A DNA stretch of 64,000 nt from Utricularia gibba. Its lineage: Eukaryota > Plantae > Magnoliophyta. The stretch lies in assembly GCA_002189035.1 (NCBI GenBank), contig NEEC01000020.1, positions 434,001-498,000 of the forward strand, given 5' to 3'. The stretch's first letter is position 1. Each line of letters begins with the position of its first letter. Below, one piece after another: positions 25,435 to 39,039 of this stretch. The notes under the pieces are model-generated. The model saw only the letters and a program-made list of their open reading frames with translations, ran no database searches and was not told the DNA's origin. Both the position numbers and the translations under genes were made by a program.

Positions 25435-26002
25435 TCATGGAAGGAGCCGCACGTACCCTGTGGCAACAGCCGCTCCTAAGATCACGAGCGGAGGAAGAAG
25501 CACGAAGGCACCAATGACGGCGAAAAATGCTCGATCGTTCCTCTGAGAAACAACGTCCAAATACGCCTGCCTTTTGATGTTCCGTTTCTGTGACACGGTC
25601 AAGTACTTTGCAGTGATCTTGTCGAGATCCTTCTTCCCCAATCGGATACTGAAATCGCCTTCCTCGCCCGCGTCTTTCACTAGATTCTGCAACTGTTCGC
25701 GGATCGTCAGCCGACGGTCGATCGACCGGTTCTTCTGTTCCTCGGAACTTGTTAGGCGTTCCAGGAGATCCAGCGATGAAGACGATCCTGAAAGAATCGC
25801 GAAAACAGGCGAGATTAGCCTAATTTTAGATTGGATTCAGACTCAGAAGCCAGCAGCGAGATTCACCGTAGAGTGATGCTTGTGATTCCTCGACTCCTCC
25901 GCGTTTAAGGCAAGAGGAAGCTTGCGAGTTGCCGGGGAATACTGAAAACTTGGATGGTGCTCCATTGAAGAGCGGCAATCGAGTGGTGTAAGAAAGTGCC
26001 AT
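25435..26002 (-). CDS. Uncharacterised protein with a transit-peptide-like N-terminus and a C-terminal transmembrane segment (2 exons)
   Basis: MALSYTTRLPLF... is spliced via a ~75-nt intron (~25868-25794, G|GTGAAT...TTTCAG) to ...KYLTVSQKRNIKRQAYLDVVSQRNDRAFFAVIGAFVLLPPLVILGAAVATGYVRLLP*. Confidence 0.75.
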
Positions 26003-26350
26003 CGTAAAAGAATCCGGGATTTTCAGAACGGCGGATTCGAATTGCAGTGCTTGCTCTGAGCGTTGTTTCTTATGGCGGCGATTTGCCGGGGGGGGGGGGG
26101 GAGGAACAAAATCGCTCCTCCACAAATATCATCTCTGTTGACAACTACCACAATTTTTGCATACAAAAAAATAGAATTTTCGGTAGGAATAAAATATAGT
26201 TATTAAGATATTAGTCATCATTAAATTTAAAATCTTCAGTTTTCAACGCTTTTCTTCCATTTCATGCTTAGGTTGCTATTGCGCTGCTCTCCGCCTGCGC
26301 TTGTCAGTCCGCAACTCCATTGATTCGCAGCAGAGCTTTCCTGTCGGAAA

Positions 26351-28644
26351 ATGCTGATGCTTCTGTGTTCTTTCGTGTTCCTGGTTGTATCGATACCTTT
26401 ATTGCTCATATTCCTGAAAGCCGACGGTATGTTTAATTCTGTCCAGAAGGTTTATCTCGTCGTTAGAAGGTTTTTGGTTGACGTGTTTTGCGCGATTGAC
26501 TTTTCGATAGGGGATTTCACTTTGTTGTCCAGAAAGGGTGTCAAGAAGGAAGAAATTGAGGATAAGGTTGAGTCTTCGTTTATAGTTTTTGTACATAGCT
26601 CTTCCTTTTTTTTTTTTTTTTTGAATTGATTCTCTTTTATTTTGTGTGAATCGGCAGGTGATTTGGATTACCGGAGCCAGCCGTGGTATCGGTATGTAGC
26701 CTTTTTTTGTTTACTGAGGATGCTGTTGAAGAAGAATGGATATTGTTGACCGTTATCCCGACTATTTTCTTGCTCACGTTGATGATCTGATTTCAGGAGA
26801 AGCGCTTGCTAAACAGCTTGCAAGTTTAGGAGCAAAGCTTATCATTTCTGCTCGAAATGAAGCAGAGCTGCACCGTGTCAAAGAAGAGTTAACAGGTTAG
26901 TAACTCGTGTCTGCTATATAATATAGCACCGCCCCTTTATTGCTTAATGATAAGCCAGGAAAATATGCACCGGGTGAGGTTGAGGTTTTGCCTTTGGACT
27001 TGGCTGGTGGGGAAGAACATCTAGGAGAGATGGTGCAGAAAGCAGAGTCATTTTTTGGGGGTGCTGGAGTGGATTACATGTTCCATAATGCAGCGTATGA
27101 GCGCCCTGTGAGTGGAATCTTTAAAATATATTTTAAAATTTGGAAATTTTCACCTCATCGTCTGTTCTGAAATAGCAAACTAGTCTCAAAGCTTCTCTTA
27201 TATTTTATTTAATTTTCCTCTTGCAGAAATCATCGGCATTGGAAGTCCCAGAAAAAAGTCTCAAGGTCTACTACTAAAGGGAAATTTTCTTACGTGTAAA
27301 ATATGATGATCTGTTGTTTATGCTTCTACGTCGAATGGGGTTGCCATATTGCTTCTATAATATGACGATCCTCATCGTAATTTAACTGAGCCCATGCTTT
27401 CTTCTACTGTCAGTTTCTGGAGACAAATGGGAATAGATTTTTAATATTTTCCTCTTCAATTTTTCAAATAGAGCACATTTGATGTTAATGTTCTTGGGCC
27501 GATATCTCTCTCCCGACTCCTTGCACCTCACATGCTTGAGAGAGGAAGGGGACATTTTGTGGTGGTATGTTGTTAAAGTACTTTCTTTCTTCATTTTTCT
27601 TTCTTTAATGGAGTTAGGTAACCTTGGGAATCCTTTTCAACAAGATCCCATATTGAATCTAAGAGAATACATCATCACTGCATCCTGAATTTAATCTCTG
27701 TAACTGACTGAGTGCATGATCAGATGAGCAGTGCCGCAGGAATGATGCCAGCACCTGGACAAGCTGTGTACTCTTCTTCCAAATATGCTATGGGTGGATA
27801 CTTTCATTCACTGCGATCTGAGGTACGCAACTTGTTATCCACAGTATTCAAATTACATTTTGATGAGCATACAGAAGGCTGTATTGCCAGTCTAACATGT
27901 GCATCCAGGATTGCGAAGGATGACCCTTCCTCTCTTTATCTTACTTGTAGCTCTGTCGAAGAGGGATCAAGGTAACTGTTGTGTATCCAGGGCCCATTGG
28001 AACCTCGACCAGTACCACTGAGGTAAATCATACCCAAATCATAGGTGCTGACATGAATCTCAAATGACTCACATTTTTCTACGAATGTTCAGCATCCATA
28101 CTCTCTTTGCACGAGAAACACTTCCAACAGCTAACCTTACATGTGCATGTATCAAATACCAGAGACGTGTATCAGCCGAAAGGTGCGCTGAGCTCACAAT
28201 AACTGCTGCTAGCCATAATTTGAAAGAGGCTTGGATATCCAACCAGGTTAGACCAATGTCCTCAAGACCAATATTCTGGCTCCCAATGTTTACTACGACA
28301 AAAAGACCATTTTTGGAGTCTGCTATGGCTTTCTTTTATTTTTCATTTTCAACATTTTATTCTTGTTTCCGCAGCCGGTGCTTGCTGTCATGTACCTCAT
28401 GCAATACATGCCAACTGTTGCGTACTGGATCATGGATATGGTATACACTGCATTCTCATTCCTGGCTGCTCCTGCTCACCGTTCCTGTATGATCTTCTTC
28501 ATGCTTACCATTGCAAACTGATATCGCTATTGTGTTAAATGGATCCAGATCGGGGAGAGGCGTGTAGCCGCTGCTGCCGAGAAGGGGGATGCCTACTCCA
28601 TAAGCCTCCTATTTGGGAAGAAGAACAAGAACAAGGCCTCATAG
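26351..28644 (+). CDS. Short-chain dehydrogenase/reductase, DHRS7-like, with N-terminal membrane anchor
   Basis: Hydrophobic N-terminus, TGASRGIG Rossmann motif, HNAA and YSSSK catalytic YxxxK; clean GT-AG exons ending KKNKNKAS*. Confidence 0.9.
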
Positions 28645-29870
28645 ACACAGCATGAAGGAGCGAGGGAGGGAATGAATGCACTTTCTCAAGGTACTCTTCA
28701 TTTTATGTTACAGCGCTTTTTTTCAAGTGCCTCGTCATGTGATGCTGCCCTTTGTCATTTTAGTTCAAGAGAGGATATTTTTATATTATTTTATCGTAAT
28801 TATGTACCATATTTAATCAAAATTATAAATATAAATCATGGTTTTGTAAAAATGGAATGAATCAAATTGTTGGATGGCTAGGTTTTCAAGCATACTCGGT
28901 TTGATCGATCATATTTATTGAGTTTGACCAGTTTCAATTAGTTTGATAGGTTCATTTTATTGTTTAAATATCCATATGTTGATAATAATGTATGTTTGAT
29001 ATATTAATTTAATAATATATGAATATTTTATTATATACTATTTTGGACTAAATGTTTCAACTCTCAACTTTTAAGTAGATTTTATTAAACAATTCAATTT
29101 ATAAATTATTTATTTTAAATATATATGTTAAATTTAATATTATTTTAATCATATATTTAAGATTTATCAAATAAATTTTAATCTTAGTTAATTTGATAAC
29201 AACTTGATTTTTAGAAAATAATGCATAATTAATGAAATTCGTTAATAAATAATTCCGTCACACACATTTATATCAGAATCCGTAGTTCCACTTCTTTCAG
29301 CTGAGGCAAAATAGTCATTGAATTATCCTCATTTTCTTCTCCGATGACAATCCAAACGTTTATAAGTAAAATTCTGAATTGAATTTGGCATCGAATTCAT
29401 TTAAGTTGAATTCGTAATTTTGTTAATATTTTATTATTATAAATTGAACAATGAATTGAATGATTCAAACTATTTTTTTAAAAAAAGATTTAATATAAAA
29501 TTATGAGTGAAATTTAATAATTGTTTTCAGGCCGGGTTTTAGGATCGGACAACCGGATTTCGAGTTTGAGTATGCCGGTTTAGGTCGTCTGACTCCGGTT
29601 CGTAGCCGGGTTGGGCTAGGGGGACCAGTCGCGCGACTGAGAATAGGGATGAAGAAACCAGGAGCTTTTGCATGGGAATTTTACTAAATTTAAGGCTATC
29701 TCCTTTCCATTGATCTCCCGTTTCATTGCTACCCCTCGTTCCAAGATGTCACCTTTTTCAGCAATGCACAATCGTCGAGGGGCTCCCTCACATTTATATG
29801 CAACCAGCAAATATTTTCCCTTTCCACCATGCGGGTTGGTGGATGATTGCACCGTTTTTCTTGGTTCCTG

Positions 29871-32530
29871 ATGGATTCCTGGAGGAAGAAAATGTGTTGG
29901 GGGTTTCTATTTGTGTTGATTTCTTGCGTAGCCGATGCTAATGTGGTGTTCAAAGTTCACCACAAGTACGGTGGGGGTGGCCGGGGAGGGCGGCGTTGGA
30001 AGATCTTAGAACCCACGATTCACGTCGCCACAGGAGAGTGCTCGCCGCCGTTGATCTTGAATTGGGCGGCGATGGCTCGCCCACGAGCTCGGCGTAAGTT
30101 CCGATTTTGCTTCTTCGTTTTTTCTATTTTCCGTGCTTTGTGGTGGGACTTATGCAAGTTCATTCTGTTGGTTATTCCGCTATTCTATTGATCCCCTGTT
30201 ATCCATAGGAATGTATACTGTTCGTTTTTCCTATGTTAAACACTAGAAAGAGTTCCCTTTTGCAGAGGCTGAAAATCATTATTCTGAAATCCATATTCTG
30301 TCTCGTTGTGAAGATTGATTGTTTCTCAGGGGAAACAAGTATTAGGAAAAGTTGTATGTAGAAAGTCTGAGGTGATTGCTTGCTGTTTTAATCTGTCTTT
30401 CGAATCAGATACTTATTAAAATCTTCAGTTCAGGCTCTATTACACCAAGATTACGATTGGAACTCCTCCTTCTGACTATCATGTCCAGGTCGATACTGGG
30501 AGTGACATACTGTGGGTGAACTGTAAAAACTGTGATAAATGTCCCGAAGACAGTGATCTCCATGTATGCCTCCCCATCCCCTTCTCATGTATCCAACCAT
30601 CTTCTGCAATGTGTTAACTCTTGCACATCTTTCCTTGCCCTCCCAGATAACCTTGAACCAGTATGATCTAACAGCCTCCTCCACGGGGAAGAAGATCGAG
30701 TGTGGTGAAGGTTTCTGTGAAACCGTATTCGGCCGTCCGAATCCGAATTGTCATCCTGGTTTGGACTGTGAATATGCTATCACTTATGGGGATGGGAGTA
30801 AGACAGAGGGGTACTTTGTTAAAGATAACTTCAATTTTGATAGAGTGAGTGGCGACCTCAAGTTGTCTCAGATGAATGGATCCATAGCTTTTGGGTCAGT
30901 CTCTCTTTACTGATCTCCTTTTGTTCCATAGCAAGTTCAAAGCATACATGATTCATGCGTGGCTTCTGAAAACTGCATCTTTGTGTATGAATCATTGTGA
31001 TTTATATCTCCCGTTTTGATGTAAGATAGGTGCTCTGTGAAACAATCTGGAGAACTGGGATCAACTTCTCAGGCAGTTGATGGGATTATTGGTTTTGGAC
31101 AAGCCAACACATCTGTCCTTTCGCAGCTTGCTGAAGCTAAAAAGGTGAAAAAGGTGTTCTCTCATTGTTTGGATAGTAAAAAGGGAGGTGGAATTTTTGC
31201 CATTGGGGAAATCGTTCACCCAAAAGTAAACAGAACCTCTCTGATACAACACCAGTAAGCAGCGCCATTGTTGTTTGCTTCAAAGCTTGTTTTTCACATG
31301 TAGAGTATTTGATTTTCTTCTGTGATCTCCCTCAGGGCACATTATAATGTTTATCTGGATGCTGTTGATGTTGATGGCCATTTTCTAGACCTCCCAACTG
31401 GTTTTTTGGGATTTGGAGCCATCAACAGAAGGACTATAATCGACAGTGGAACAACATTGGCTTATCTCCCAAGTGACATCTATCAGCAGCTGGTCGATGC
31501 AGTGAGTGAAAAAGAAACTCCCCTTGATTCATAACATTTAAGTTGATCTTCTAGCAACAGGGAGTGGTTTGAGACACTCTGAGCCTGTTTCACATCGTCG
31601 AATCGATCCGATTCCGGATATCTAAAAAAGAACATGCTATCTGTTGCATAGTTCAGTGATATTCCTTTTACATGAGTGACAACATGTGATCTTTTTGTGC
31701 TCAGATGATGGCAAAGCAGCCTGGTTTGAAGATACATATGGTTGAGGGCCAGTTCTCATGCTTTTGGTACAATGACAAGTAAGAGCAGAGCAGAGCAGCA
31801 ACCAAACTGCTACTTCCTCTCAAAATCCCATTGTCCTCCCTCAGTTTCATCATCCTCATCTTGTTACAAAAGTTCTTCCGGTTCACTGTGGCTGCAGCAT
31901 CGACGAGGGATTCCCGGTCATCAAATTCCACTTCTCCGATTCGCTTTCGCTGCCGGTTTACCCCCACCATTACCTCTTCGAAGTTCGAGTAAGTGAATGT
32001 TACAGACATACATTTTGGAACCTGGATTTTCAACTGCTGGGAGTGCTCTGGATGCAGGACACAGAGTACTGCATAGGATGGCAGAAGACTGAGATGCAAA
32101 CCAAAGATGGAGAAGAGATGACCCTTTTGGGAGGTAGTCTCCATCCTCCTCATCCCCTTCCCGGTCAACCTTTTTCACGCAGTGAATTGCTTCACTCTTA
32201 CAGATCTCGCACTCTCCGACAAGCTCGTCCTCTACGACCTGGAGAACCAGACCATCGGATGGGCTGAATACAACTGTGAGTATCCATACACCCAACTCAT
32301 GCTTAAGCTCCAAGGGAGCTTTCTCCTTGCCGGAGCTGCGAAAAAGATCGATTCTGATGGCGGTTGTTTGCTGACAAGGTTCTTCGAGCATATCAGTGAA
32401 GGATGAGGAAAGTGGACATGCTTACAAAGTGAATGCACACGACATCTCTCAGGGGCTGCAGATGCTTCCCTTCCTCCCCTCCCTCCCACCACTTCTCTTC
32501 TTCTTCATCACTCACATTCTTTCCTGGTAA
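29871..32530 (+). CDS. A1-family aspartic protease (A36/A39-like, likely GPI-anchored; -1 frameshift at ~29989)
   Basis: Signal peptide, LYYTKITIGTP, DTGSD and DSGTT catalytic motifs, DLALSDKLVLYDLENQTIGW; hydrophobic tail LPFLPSLPPLLFFFITHILSW*. Confidence 0.92.
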
Positions 32531-34049
32531 ACTGCCATCTCACTCACCTTCTCTATGGGAGACATGAAAACTCATCATCTCCCAAGGAAATAGTTTCCTT
32601 TTTTTGTTTGTTAAACGGTTGTCAGTGAAAAAAATTGAAATGATTCCCGTATGTCTTCTGGAACCTTCTATTCGCTCATACCATACGAGAAAAAGAGACA
32701 TCCTTGTGCAGCTCTTATCTTGCATGCATGGGATGGCCTTGCAAGACAACATAGGGGAAGGTTTGGATTGTAGTTGAGGTTAGGTTTTCGATTTGATGAG
32801 AGGATTGTTAATACAACGAAATTATGTTGGATTCGAACATCCACCTTATAAAACTAAACACTTAGGTCACGTTTTGTTGGTGGGTAACGTTTAAATTTGA
32901 GTTTAGTTTATTTGGATTTAAATAAATAGATTTTATAGATTTAAGATTATTCATATTTAATTGATAATTTTAATTTATATGAATTTAAGATAAAAACACA
33001 TTTGATACATGAATATAAAATTAGATGCATAATGAATATATACATAAAATTACTAATATATATTTTAGTTAATTAAAATAAATTATTATACATTTTAGTT
33101 TTATATGTCATTTTATAAGTACAATTGAACATTACATAACATAAATCATAAATCATGATAATTAATTGAAATTTTATTTTATAAAAATCAATGTGTAATA
33201 ATAAATGTGGTGTTCCCTCTTTCAAACGAAAACTTACTGACAGAACCGTCTAATAATAAACGTTTTCAAAACGAAAATAGAAATAAAATAAATTATTATC
33301 ACTCCGTGTTTTCAGAATTTCCCCTGCCAATGCTATTGCTTCGTGTTGCGATCCCTTTCGTTGTCGCGTTCCTCATTTCCTTCTCGTATCTCTCTCCTTT
33401 TGGGTTCAGAGCTCCAATTGATGGTGTTCTTGGTTCGATTCGTTGTCGGTGTTGGGTTATAAGCTCTGATTTCGCTGCTGAATCTTGAAGGTGGAGGGGC
33501 GAATAGTCTTTTTGCGTTTGTATCTTGTGGGTAGTGATTATTCCCTTGGGTTGACCGGGCTAAAGAGGATGTTTTGCTACTTGGGTCTCCAGAGTTGTAT
33601 GCTCGGTTCTCTTTTGATTCGTTGATCTCCTGGGTAGTGATCATTTTTTGAGAAAAGATTTGTCTTCGTGGGTCTCGCCTTCCTAGATCGGTGCTTATCA
33701 ACTTGTTGCGAAGCCGGTATGAAACGTACGGATAATGTAAGGTAGGAAGGGGAAGTATTTCTTACCTTCTAGCGGAAGTTGAAAGTATTTTCATGTTTGT
33801 TTGTTTATGGGCTGGTATACAGCTTGGAAGCCTGCTTTTGGACACGTATTGTGAGCAGAAGAATGAATGTGCTATAACAGTGGGTATTGCCACATTGGAC
33901 AATTGATGATTAGGCTTATTTTTTGTCTGTTGAAAGGGTTGGTGCATAGGGGTGATTCCGAAGTTCAATTGGTCGTTTTGGTGATGCTTTGAATCATGTG
34001 CTCAGAGTGACTTTTGGCGGTTTGCTTATAAATACAATTTCCTTTTGTG

Positions 34050-35844
34050 ATGGAGTCTGTGGAAGGTGGGTGGTGTGTATGGCTTCCTGGGCTTGAGTGT
34101 GTTATGAATGTTGTGAGGGGTTTGAGGTTGGGGTCCTGCTTATCAATAGAAAGTTGGAACACTGGAGGTGTTTCTGCACCCGCTGCTACCAAGAAGAATG
34201 GGAGCTCCGTAAGAAAGGTTGGGTCTTTTAGCTTGTATGTTGACGTGAAGAGGAGGGAGCACTTGCATAAAATTCCTGGGAGGATGTTTTTGAATGGCTC
34301 TAGTGAGATTGCCTCACTCTTTACTCAGCAGGGTAAAAAAGGAATCAATCAAGATGCGATGATTGTTTGGGAGGTTAACTCTTTTCTCCTAGTCATATTG
34401 ACGCTCAATTTAACTGAACTGCTTGGTCTGCTATAAGATTGATCATGGCGCTCTCACAGTTTGTAATTATTTGTTTTGCATCAGCTTGGTTTTTCATCTT
34501 CATATTTCGGAATACGGTTTCTATTTGTTTGTGCTTTTTGTATCACATGTCTATCACTGTTTTATGAAGATCAATAAGTCGTAATCACTTCCATTTCTGT
34601 GGTTTAAAATGTACAGAACTTCTGCTCAAGGGCTGACACTATTCTGTGTGGGGTTTTTGATGGCCATGGACCTTATGGCCATTTGGTCGCCAAGCGTGTT
34701 AGAGATACACTTCCTCTGAAACTGAACTCCCACTGGGAAGTTCATGAAAAAAGTAATGAGATTCTTTCTGAGATCAGCTTAGTTTCAGCTGAAGGTACTT
34801 CACTTTCATCTCTTGTTGGGGAAGCTACACCTTCCACTGATGTTGAAGAACTTCCGAAGCCTCCAGAAAGCTTTCAGATATTGAAAGAGTCTTTCCTCAA
34901 GGCGTGTAAAGTCATGGATAAAGAACTGAAAATGTACACCAGCATCGATTGTTTCTGCAGTGGTTCAACAGCAGTGGTTCTTGTGAAACAGGTATTATGT
35001 CCATGTGTGTATGATTAATGCATGCTGTTTTCTAAACCGCATTCGCAATCTACTGTAGGGATCGGATCTTGTCGTTGCGAACATAGGAGATTCAAGAGCT
35101 GTCTTGGGCACTAGAGATGAAAATGAATCACTAACTGCTCTCCAGTTGACGGTGGATCTCAAGCCTAACAATCCAGGTATCATCACTGCAGTAAAAATCC
35201 ATGGCGCTCATGGATTCACTGTCCTCCAGAATGCAGAGTTTTTGATCCAGAACTGAGTCATTTGAGTTGCTATCATCTGACAGTTGAAAAAGAGAGGATC
35301 CTGAAGTGCAAAGGGCGTGTATTTGCACTCGGGGATGAACCAGAAGTCGAAAGAGTGTGGCTCCCAAAGATCAACTCTCCAGGCCTCGCAATGGCACGCG
35401 CATTTGGCGACTTCTGTCTCAAAGACTTCGGCGTCATATCTGTACCCGACATCTCCTGCAGACACATCTCCGACAGGGATGAGTTCGTCGTCTTGGCATC
35501 CGACGGGGTAACGAACCTCCCACCCATTTCCACCCCCGAAACGCCTCCTGGTTGATCTCTCTCACCTTGCTCCTCCCTGTCAGGTTTGGGACGTCCTCTC
35601 GAACGACGAGGTCGTACAAATCGTGGGCTCTTGCACAAAACGGTCGGTTGCAGCACGGGCAGTGGTGGATTCAGCCGTCGCCGCCTGGAAGTCCAAGTAC
35701 CCAACTTCAAAGATCGATGACTGTGCGGTGGTCTGCCTCTTTTTCCACCCCACAGAGCAGGAACCGTGCTCTGCCCCCGACTCCCAGGAGGAGGTTTCCT
35801 CTTTCAAGTACGAAGATCCTTGCTCGCAGCCTCTGCTGGAGTAG
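34050..35844 (+). CDS. Protein phosphatase 2C, clade E (PP2C33/74-like); start uncertain because the conserved Met codon reads TTG at 34128
   Basis: GRMFLNGSSEIASLFTQQGKKGINQD, GVFDGHG, NIGDSRAV, GLAMARAFGD, LASDGVWDV and DDCAVVCL. Confidence 0.92.
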
Positions 35845-36632
35845 CCGAGGATGATGATGCCTACCTGTCTGCGTGTATCTACCCTACGGCGGCGCCGCCC
35901 GCCGGAGCATGAACTGGTACTCTTGGCTCTTCATGTGCCCCGGCTGGTATTAGATGCCCGGGGATCAACATGATTCTCGTCTTGTGGGATCGGTTTTGAG
36001 TTTGGCTACCAAATATGTTTTTCTGTTTGACATAACATGAAAATTTATTTTTATATTAAATAATATAAATTAATCATCAAGAAATAATAGACATGTTTCT
36101 ATAATTTAAAGTTGTGTTTCAAATTTTATATAAAATTATATTTAAGATTATGTGAATAAAATGTGTTTCAAATTGTAAAACTGTTTAATGATATGATATA
36201 AAATATATTATTAAATTTAATAAAATAAAATATATTTTTAAATTTCAATATAATAAATTATTATATGATTTAATATTATGATATAAATGTATTTTTAAAA
36301 TAAATAAAAATTAAATATTATAAGTTTTTTAAATGAATCTCTTATTTAATAACGAACAATTAAAGATTATAATATTTAAAATTAAAAAGAATTACTTTAA
36401 TAAATTATGAAAACAAAACAAACCCGATATTTATTATAATGTATTTTATACATTTAGTAGTCAAATATATTTTCAATTATAATTAAAAATTTTATTTATA
36501 TGTAAATTAATAGTATTAGTATTAAATTCCGAACAAATTAAAACGTTTAAAATAAAAATATGATATAATAAATATCAAAGAGTTTATTAAATGGGAGAAA
36601 AGACGGATCCGATCCACTCGGCCATTCATATT

Positions 36633-36675
36633 CCGACCAACCGACATAATTGCGCGGGGCCCACAAACGCATGTG
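36633..36675 (+). promoter_or_regulatory. Cis-motif cluster upstream of the LEA_2 gene: two CCGAC (DRE/CRT cores), GGGCCCAC (TCP site), CATGTG (MYC/E-box)
   Basis: Literal motif matches within ~90 nt of the ATG. Function untested. Confidence 0.4.
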
Positions 36676-36724
36676 ACTAAAGAGCAGCCCGCAGGCGGAT
36701 TCTCGAGCAAGCACCATCATCTCA

Positions 36725-37266
36725 ATGGGGAAATCTGAGGAGCACTGCCACGGCCACCGCCACGGCCGGGGAGGCTGCCCTGCTGCCTCGCCGTCGCCGT
36801 CTCCCTCCTGCTCCTCTCCGCCGTCGTCACCATTGTCTACTTGCTCGTCCTCAAGCCCAGGGAACCCATCCTTACGGTCGACGCCGTCAATCTCCCCTCC
36901 TTCTCCGCCGCTAATTCCACCTTCACCTTCACTGAGTACGTCGCCCTCCGGAACCCCAACCACGGCACCTTTAGCCACTATGAAGGCTCCCTCCACCTCC
37001 TCTCCGGCGGCAATCAGCTCGGATTCGTGCTCATCCCGGCGGGGGAGATCGCGGCGGAGCGCACCAAGTTCTTGGCAGCCACCTTCGCCGTGAAGTCGCT
37101 GTACCTGTCGGAGTCGGCGAGGAGGATCTTCGAGCTGGAGACGAGGCTGGATATCGTCGGACACCTCCACATTCTGAACTATTTCGTCCACCACGTCGCC
37201 GTCAGCGCGCATTGCCGGGTCGCGGTCTCTGCCGCCGATGGATCCGTTTTAGGGATCCACTGTTAG
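36725..37266 (+). CDS. LEA_2 / NDR1-HIN1-like single-exon membrane protein (-1 frameshift at ~36770)
   Basis: Restoring one G at 36768-36771 joins MGKSEEHCHGHRHGRG to RLPCCLAVAVSLLLLSAVVTIVYLLVLKPREP...LRNPN...GSVLGIHC*. Confidence 0.85.
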
Positions 37267-37794
37267 AAACACTTTTTTGTTTTTCATGCTTTTTTCTCCC
37301 CAATGTGCATTACTTATCCTTTAACTCTTTAATTAATTATAATTTTTGAAAATTAACGAATTTACATCAATTAATCCATTTTAAATTTCGAAACAATATA
37401 TGTGCATAATATAAATTAAATTATCACGATTTTTAATATAAATTCAAATGAAATGAATTATAATTTTATCGTATGATATTATTCGTTTAGAACACATAAT
37501 TTTTATGGTTTTATATTTTATCTTTTAAACAAGGGGTTTTGTATAAGATTATATAATATAGTTTTATATAAATTTTCTAAATATAGAATGCAACTAAGAT
37601 CCTTATATAGTTTCCTATTAGAAACTCAATATTTTAGTTGAAGTTGATCCCATTACCAGTTACAAATCCGGATTTAGCTTTAATACAAAATGTAATGCTT
37701 CAACTTTTTTATTATACCATAATTTAATTTTAATTTTTTAAATCATAATTTAATTAATATAAAATTTGAAAATGAAAAAAAAAAAATCACACAA

Positions 37795-39039
37795 TCATCT
37801 GAATCTATATGTTGTTGGCTCCAAATGGTGATCACTCCACCACTGGCAAATCCCATGAGCTTCCTTCAGATTCCGGGCGGGGCTCCGGTTCACGGTCAGC
37901 CGCGCCGATGGAACGAGGTGCAGCGGCTCCGTCGCCGGCTTACCACCAACTGCATTCATCAGTAGTCCTCCGAGGGAGTGTTGGCTCGCCATGCGTTCGA
38001 TCGCGCCGGCTCCGAGATCCTCCATCTTTCTCCGGTGCTCGAAGTGGCCGATGTACTCCGAGCATATGTGATCGTCCGGGTGCACGAACAGCTCAGGCAG
38101 CCATTGGGACAAGGCCGGGAATGAACAACCCTCGGGGCAGCTGCTCTGGCCTTGCCTCTTACTCTTCATAGCAAGAGCAAGACCAGCTGTGACCACACTG
38201 CCGGCGAACCGAATGCCATGTCGAACCTTTTCGTCCCTGATTCTCCCGATCGGAGGGGAAAGAAAGGGAGGGTTGAACAGGAAAGCATCAAGCAGAACAC
38301 CAGACTTGACCATGTTCTTCCCTGCAAGCATGGCCATGGCAGCTCCCAGAGAATGGCCGGTTAGCCAGACATTGGAGCTCCCGTATGTTGCAACCACATG
38401 CCTGACGGCTTGCATAGCTATTTCGAACCGGGATGTTTCGTGAAGTCCATTTCTGATTATCTCGACATCGAGCTTGATATCTCTGGAGAGAGCATCCCCC
38501 TTGGTGACAGTCCCTCTGAAAGCGATCACAAAGCGTGGAGCTAAGTGGTTGCCGGAGGAAGAAGAAGCCGGAGTCAGCTGATATACAGCACCGAAGGTGC
38601 AGGAATCGGCTTCGTCGATGAGCTTCATGTAGATGTCAAAATGGAAACTCTTCCACCACAGAGGAGCCAGTGCTCGATTTCCATCTCTTTTATCTTGACG
38701 GTCACGTTCCATAACGTACACACCCTGAACCAGACATGCTGCAACTGACCTCCGGTGAGTGGGATTTCCCCTGTATCAGTAACTGTAATCAGCTTCTGCA
38801 ACCATAGGAAAAGTAGAATGAACTGCAACACTCAAATCTGCAGTTAGATGAGCAAACCAATCAACTTCCATCAAGTGTCGAGGTCCGCATAAGTTGAAAT
38901 CCTCCTTCTCTGACACAACAGCAGTTGAATGCGCGATGATCTGACCCTTCTCTTCCATAGCTTTGTTCTCCACAAGGGAACACTCAGAAGTCCTGGTTAC
39001 ATGGATATAAGAAAGATTATCACTCCCAATACAAATCAT
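37795..39039 (-). CDS. Class-3-lipase-like alpha/beta hydrolase (At4g10955-like; 2 coding exons; start uncertain)
   Basis: EDFNLCGPRHLMEVDW|GNPTHRRSVAACLVQGVY, IAFRGT, WLTGHSLG (GxSxG), LFNPPF, DHICSEYIGHF and AHGICQWW. Confidence 0.87.

Noticed and set aside
36547-37212. 221-aa antisense ORF over the LEA_2 gene, and similar antisense/alternate-frame ORFs over NIP, CXE, Grx, lipase and PPR
   Set aside because: These are shadow ORFs expected in GC-rich coding DNA; none has recognisable motifs.
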